Notes under the pieces: model-generated | Seen by the model: only the letters and a program-made list of their open reading frames with translations | What the model was told of the DNA's origin: nothing | Databases searched by the model: none | In this document: piece by piece, positions 37,243-40,736 of the stretch | How the letters are laid out: every line of letters begins with the position of its first letter | Position numbering within the stretch: the stretch's first letter is position 1 | Made by a program: the position numbers and the translations under genes | Assembly (NCBI GenBank): GCA_044345405.1 | Contig: JBIJBE010000034.1 | Location: 1-40,736 of the forward strand | Direction of reading: 5' to 3' | DNA from: Bdellovibrionota bacterium | GTDB taxonomy: Bacteria > Bdellovibrionota_C > UBA2361 > OMII01 | DNA length: 40,736 nucleotides

Positions 37243-38061
37243 ATGAGTTTTCCGTCATTGGGGATATCGTCGGGGGTGGTGATCCAAGCGTTGGACATCC
37301 TGATCGTGTCTATCCTGATGTATCGGGCGCTCTTGGTAATCCGCGGTACTCGCGCGCTCCCGATGCTCCTTGGGCTTCTCGCGGTCGCGGCAGTCTACTT
37401 CATCGCTAAAGAGGTTGGTTTCGTAACCCTTGCGTGGTTGATCGATAGCCTTTTTAACTCCTTCATCCTTCTTGTAGTGGTTATCTTCCAAGATGACATT
37501 CGTCGCGCGCTTACCAAGGTAGGGTCGCAATCCTTTCTCTTTAAACAGGGCAAGGCGGTCTCTCATCAAGTTCTCGATGAGATAGCGTTATCAGCGCACA
37601 AACTCTCGAAAGCGAAGCTCGGCAGCCTCATGGTCATTCAGCGGGAGGTGGGTCTTGAGGAGTTTATGGAGGATGGGGTTCAACTTGACGCTCAGGTGAG
37701 CCCGAAGATCGTGATGAGTATCTTCACGAAGGAGTCCCCCCTTCATGATGGCGCCGTTATCATCCAGGGTGGAAAGATAAAGGCCGCCGGGTGCGTTTTG
37801 CCGCTTAGTTTTAATCCTGATCTCGATCCCAACCTCGGCACTCGCCACCGAGCGGCGCTCGGTATGACTGAGCGATCCGACGCGATGGTGGTGGTGACCT
37901 CTGAGGAGACCGGTGGGATAACGCTCTTCATCGATGGAACGCTTCACCGAAATCTCGACGCTCATTCGTTGAAGGATCTCCTCCAAAAAAACTCGATGAA
38001 CGCAGGGCGCTCACGAAGGGGAATTTCCAAGAGCATGGAGGTCGCCGATGGTGAAGGATAA
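37243..38061 (+). CDS. cdaA: diadenylate cyclase CdaA/DacA
   Basis: Three N-terminal TM helices, IFQDDIRRAL, SPLHDGA, LGTRHRAA, SEETG. Confidence 0.96.
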   Translation: MSFPSLGISSGVVIQALDILIVSILMYRALLVIRGTRALPMLLGLLAVAAVYFIAKEVGFVTLAWLIDSLFNSFILLVVVIFQDDIRRALTKVGSQSFLFKQGKAVSHQVLDEIALSAHKLSKAKLGSLMVIQREVGLEEFMEDGVQLDAQVSPKIVMSIFTKESPLHDGAVIIQGGKIKAAGCVLPLSFNPDLDPNLGTRHRAALGMTERSDAMVVVTSEETGGITLFIDGTLHRNLDAHSLKDLLQKNSMNAGRSRRGISKSMEVADGEG

Positions 38062-39013
38062 CCTCCTGCTGAAGCTCGTCTCTCTTCTGGCGGCGATCCT
38101 TCTCGCGTATTCGGTTCAAAGCGATCGAAATACGAGCGTGCTGAGCTTCAATGTGCCGATTGAGATTAAGAATCCACCCGACGATAAGGTGCTCGTAAAG
38201 CCAACGCGTCGGTTGGCGCAGGTGACCGTTCGTGGTCCCTCGTTCCTCGTCGGCCCACTTGTTTCATCCCCTCCGCCCCTCAAGGTCATGGTGCCCGACG
38301 ATGTTGGGGAGCGGTTGCAGGTCTCCCTCAAGAACGCGGATCTCTCGGTTCCATCTATGATCGAGGTCATCGGTGTTGAGCCCACAGAGATGGAGTTGGT
38401 GTTTGAGCCCGTAGAGCGGAAGGACTTCAAGGTGGAGGTTCCTCGGGTAGGGCAATTACCCAAGGAGCTCACCCTCTCAAAGGTTGATGTAGAGCCGAAG
38501 GTCGCGACGGTGAAAGGACCACGCTCGGAGCTGAAGCAGCTTCGCTTTATCGAGTCAGAGCCGATCGACCTAGGCGATCTTACCAAGACACAGACTCTGA
38601 CCCTCAATTTGCGAAGTCCGGGTAATCAAAGCAGCTTGATCACGAGAAGCGTTTCGGTTCGAGTCGCGATCAACGAGGTCCCCCGCCAACGAACGTTTGA
38701 GAGGCGCCCGGTCGAGCTGCGAACATCGCCAAACGTATCCGATATCGCTATAGAGCCGACCGAGGTGACCGTCATACTCGAAGGCCCTCCGGCCCTCATA
38801 GCTGAGGTCGATCCTGGATTGATCCTTCCGTATGTGCGAGTCAAGGAGCCCCCGCCACCTGAGGGACGGGTCGTTGACATCAATGTTGAGGTACCCGAGG
38901 GGTGCACTGTGGCGAGGATAGAACCGGCGAATGTGCTTGTGTTCAAGGAGAGCGCGCGCAAGGTCGCGAGTAAGGGTAAGGGCGAAAAGAATTCAAAGAG
39001 GTCTTCGCGATAG
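38048..39013 (+). CDS. cdaR: CdaR/YbbR-domain protein
   Basis: DNLLLKLVSLLAAILL anchor, repeated V.V.GP YbbR units, synteny with cdaA and glmM. Confidence 0.9.
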   Translation: MVKDNLLLKLVSLLAAILLAYSVQSDRNTSVLSFNVPIEIKNPPDDKVLVKPTRRLAQVTVRGPSFLVGPLVSSPPPLKVMVPDDVGERLQVSLKNADLSVPSMIEVIGVEPTEMELVFEPVERKDFKVEVPRVGQLPKELTLSKVDVEPKVATVKGPRSELKQLRFIESEPIDLGDLTKTQTLTLNLRSPGNQSSLITRSVSVRVAINEVPRQRTFERRPVELRTSPNVSDIAIEPTEVTVILEGPPALIAEVDPGLILPYVRVKEPPPPEGRVVDINVEVPEGCTVARIEPANVLVFKESARKVASKGKGEKNSKRSSR

Positions 39014-39037
39014 GCGAGTATCCTCGAAGGAACGTAT

Positions 39038-40402
39038 ATGGCAAATGGACGAAAATACTTTGGAACTGATGGCATTCGTGGCGTCGCAGGGGTCTCCCCC
39101 CTTGATCCTGAAACCCTGGTGCGACTCGGTAAAGCGGTCGCGAAGGTTTTCCTTAAAGATCAGCGCAAGCACCGCATCCTGATCGGAAAAGATACCCGTT
39201 TGTCTGGGTACATGATTGAGAGCTCGCTCGCGGCTGGTATCACCGCGATGGGGGCTGACCTCATGTTGTGCGGACCGGTCCCAACACCGGGTGTGGCGTA
39301 CCTTACCCGCAGTATGAGAGCTGACGCTGGTATCATGATATCGGCCTCGCACAATCCCTTTGAGGATAACGGGATTAAGATCTTTGGATCGGATGGCTAC
39401 AAGCTTCCAGACGAGCTCGAGGCGGAGATAGAACAGCTGCTTGAGCCAGGTGTGCTCGACGTGAGTTCGATCGATTCAACGCAGATCGGTAAGGCGACCC
39501 GCATCAACGACGCTGTCGGTCGGTACACCGTGTTTCTGAAGAGCGCTTTTCCGAGAGAAATTTCCCTTGAAGGTCTTAAGATCGGTTTGGATTGCGCCAA
39601 CGGCGCCGCGTACGTTGTCGGGCCGCAGACCTGCGCGGAGCTGGGGGCGGATGTGGTTTCTCGAGGGGTGAGCCCGAGTGGACGTAACATCAACGCCGGG
39701 TTCGGTAGCCTCTACCCAGAGGTTGTGGGCAAGCTTGTTACGGAGCAGAACCTCAATATCGGTATCGCCCTCGATGGTGACGCCGATCGGTGTATCCTTG
39801 TAGATGAGAAGGGGCGGGTTCTTGATGGTGATATCGCGTTGGCGATCTGCGCCATCGACATGAAGGAGCGAGGGCTCCTTACGATCCCCCGCGTTGTCGC
39901 GACTCAGATGTCGAACCTCGGACTTGAAAAGTTGTTGAGCGCGCACGGTATTGAGGTTGTGCGTACGGGGGTAGGGGACCGCGCCGTTCTTGAAGAGATG
40001 ACCCGTCAAGGATTGCAGATCGGTGGGGAGCAGTCAGGCCACACGATCTTCGCCGATCACGCCACAACCGGTGACGGGCTTCTGACCGCGCTTAAGGTTA
40101 TGTCGGTGATGTGTCGTAAGGAGCGACCGCTCTCCGAACTCGCCGCGGCGTTCGTCTCGTTCCCCCAGAAATTAGTGAACATAAAGGTTTCATCCCGTCC
40201 GGAGCTCTCAACGATCGAGCCGCTTGTGAAAGCGATTGAGCAGAAAGAGAAGGAACTCGGGACCACCGGCCGTGTACTCGTTCGGTATTCGGGCACTGAG
40301 AATAAGGCCCGTGTTATGGTTGAGTGCGAGGACGAGGACGCCTGTAAGCGTCACGCAAATGACCTCGCGGAGATCCTTGAGCGCGAGATCGGAGCGGCGT
40401 GA
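39038..40402 (+). CDS. glmM: phosphoglucosamine mutase
   Basis: YFGTDGIRG, GKDTRLSG, ISASHNP, DGDADR, GGEQSGH, RYSGTE. Confidence 0.98.
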   Translation: MANGRKYFGTDGIRGVAGVSPLDPETLVRLGKAVAKVFLKDQRKHRILIGKDTRLSGYMIESSLAAGITAMGADLMLCGPVPTPGVAYLTRSMRADAGIMISASHNPFEDNGIKIFGSDGYKLPDELEAEIEQLLEPGVLDVSSIDSTQIGKATRINDAVGRYTVFLKSAFPREISLEGLKIGLDCANGAAYVVGPQTCAELGADVVSRGVSPSGRNINAGFGSLYPEVVGKLVTEQNLNIGIALDGDADRCILVDEKGRVLDGDIALAICAIDMKERGLLTIPRVVATQMSNLGLEKLLSAHGIEVVRTGVGDRAVLEEMTRQGLQIGGEQSGHTIFADHATTGDGLLTALKVMSVMCRKERPLSELAAAFVSFPQKLVNIKVSSRPELSTIEPLVKAIEQKEKELGTTGRVLVRYSGTENKARVMVECEDEDACKRHANDLAEILEREIGAA

Positions 40403-40736
40403 AGAGCTATTCACTCGGTAGTTTCGGTTCCCTAACCGTTCTTGATGAGTCACCCTCGTCTTGGTGGGCCCCGTCAAGCGCCGAGATGGCTCGCGTGGAC
40501 GGTGAAACGATCCGCTCCGGTGTGAGCTCCATAGAGTTGATGGAACGCGCTGGTGGTGTTGTCGTTGACGCGATTCGCGAGCTTTTGAGCGGTCAGCAGG
40601 GGGCAGTTTCCTCTGTTCTCATCCTCTGTGGCCCCGGCAATAACGGGGGTGATGGATTGGTGATAGCTCGTCGGCTCGCTGATGAGGGTGTTCGTGTTAC
40701 GGCCGTTGTCGCGGACGCGACTCGGTATTCCCCCGA
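40399..40736 (+). CDS. nnr: NAD(P)H-hydrate epimerase/dehydratase Nnr, N-terminal part (runs off the right edge)
   Basis: My translation from the GTG at 40399 (GTGA overlap with glmM) gives ...EMARVD...ELMERAG...ILCGPGNNGGDGLVIARRL, the YjeF_N motifs. Absent from the ORF track. Confidence 0.88.
   Translation, partial: MKSYSLGSFGSLTVLDESPSSWWAPSSAEMARVDGETIRSGVSSIELMERAGGVVVDAIRELLSGQQGAVSSVLILCGPGNNGGDGLVIARRLADEGVRVTAVVADATRYSP

Noticed and set aside
1343-40477. Many alternative-frame and antisense ORFs in the track (e.g. 1614-2192, 17961-18599, 29565-30164, 35746-36381, 36498-37112)
   Set aside because: They overlap well-supported genes and lack motifs; expected shadow ORFs in GC-rich DNA.
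5201-40736. A dedicated NAD-metabolism island (nadA, PRTase, ARH, nnr)
   Set aside because: The genes are far apart in separate transcription units; nadA and nnr are in ordinary contexts.
1-40736. tRNA or rRNA genes
   Set aside because: No convincing cloverleaf or rRNA signature noticed in the intergenic regions by eye; tRNAscan-SE/Infernal would be needed to exclude them.

Overview
Bacterial chromosomal window, moderately GC-rich. lpxI and the tilS-ftsH-cdaA-cdaR-glmM-nnr gene order suggest a Gram-negative, delta-proteobacterial/Bdellovibrionota-like organism (inference). Housekeeping genes: thiamine pyrophosphokinase, lpxI, nadA, moxR/bat operon, doxX-hsp20, tilS, ftsH, cdaA, cdaR, glmM, partial nnr. 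Three accessory blocks are interspersed. (1) A ~7.6 kb block (10.2-17.8 kb) splits the bat operon and holds a poly-HTH protein, secreted proteins, a decayed Y1/RAYT transposase and a REP doublet. (2) A GNAT-M23-M20 cassette is flanked by two double-domain Lrp/AsnC regulators. (3) The most novel element is a coupled three-gene operon at 28062-33914. It encodes a 1416-aa protein with five annexin repeats (all with an intact GxGT-x38-E Ca2+ motif), a Gly/Ala-rich hydrophobic segment and tandem (degenerate plus apparently active) PRTase domains. A small pseudokinase-like protein and an ADP-ribosylglycohydrolase follow. This resembles an undescribed annexin-targeted polymorphic toxin/immunity system. 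REP/BIME-like repeats and a stand-alone VirD4/TraD-like ATPase are also present. All assignments come from reading motifs by eye; no searches were run.
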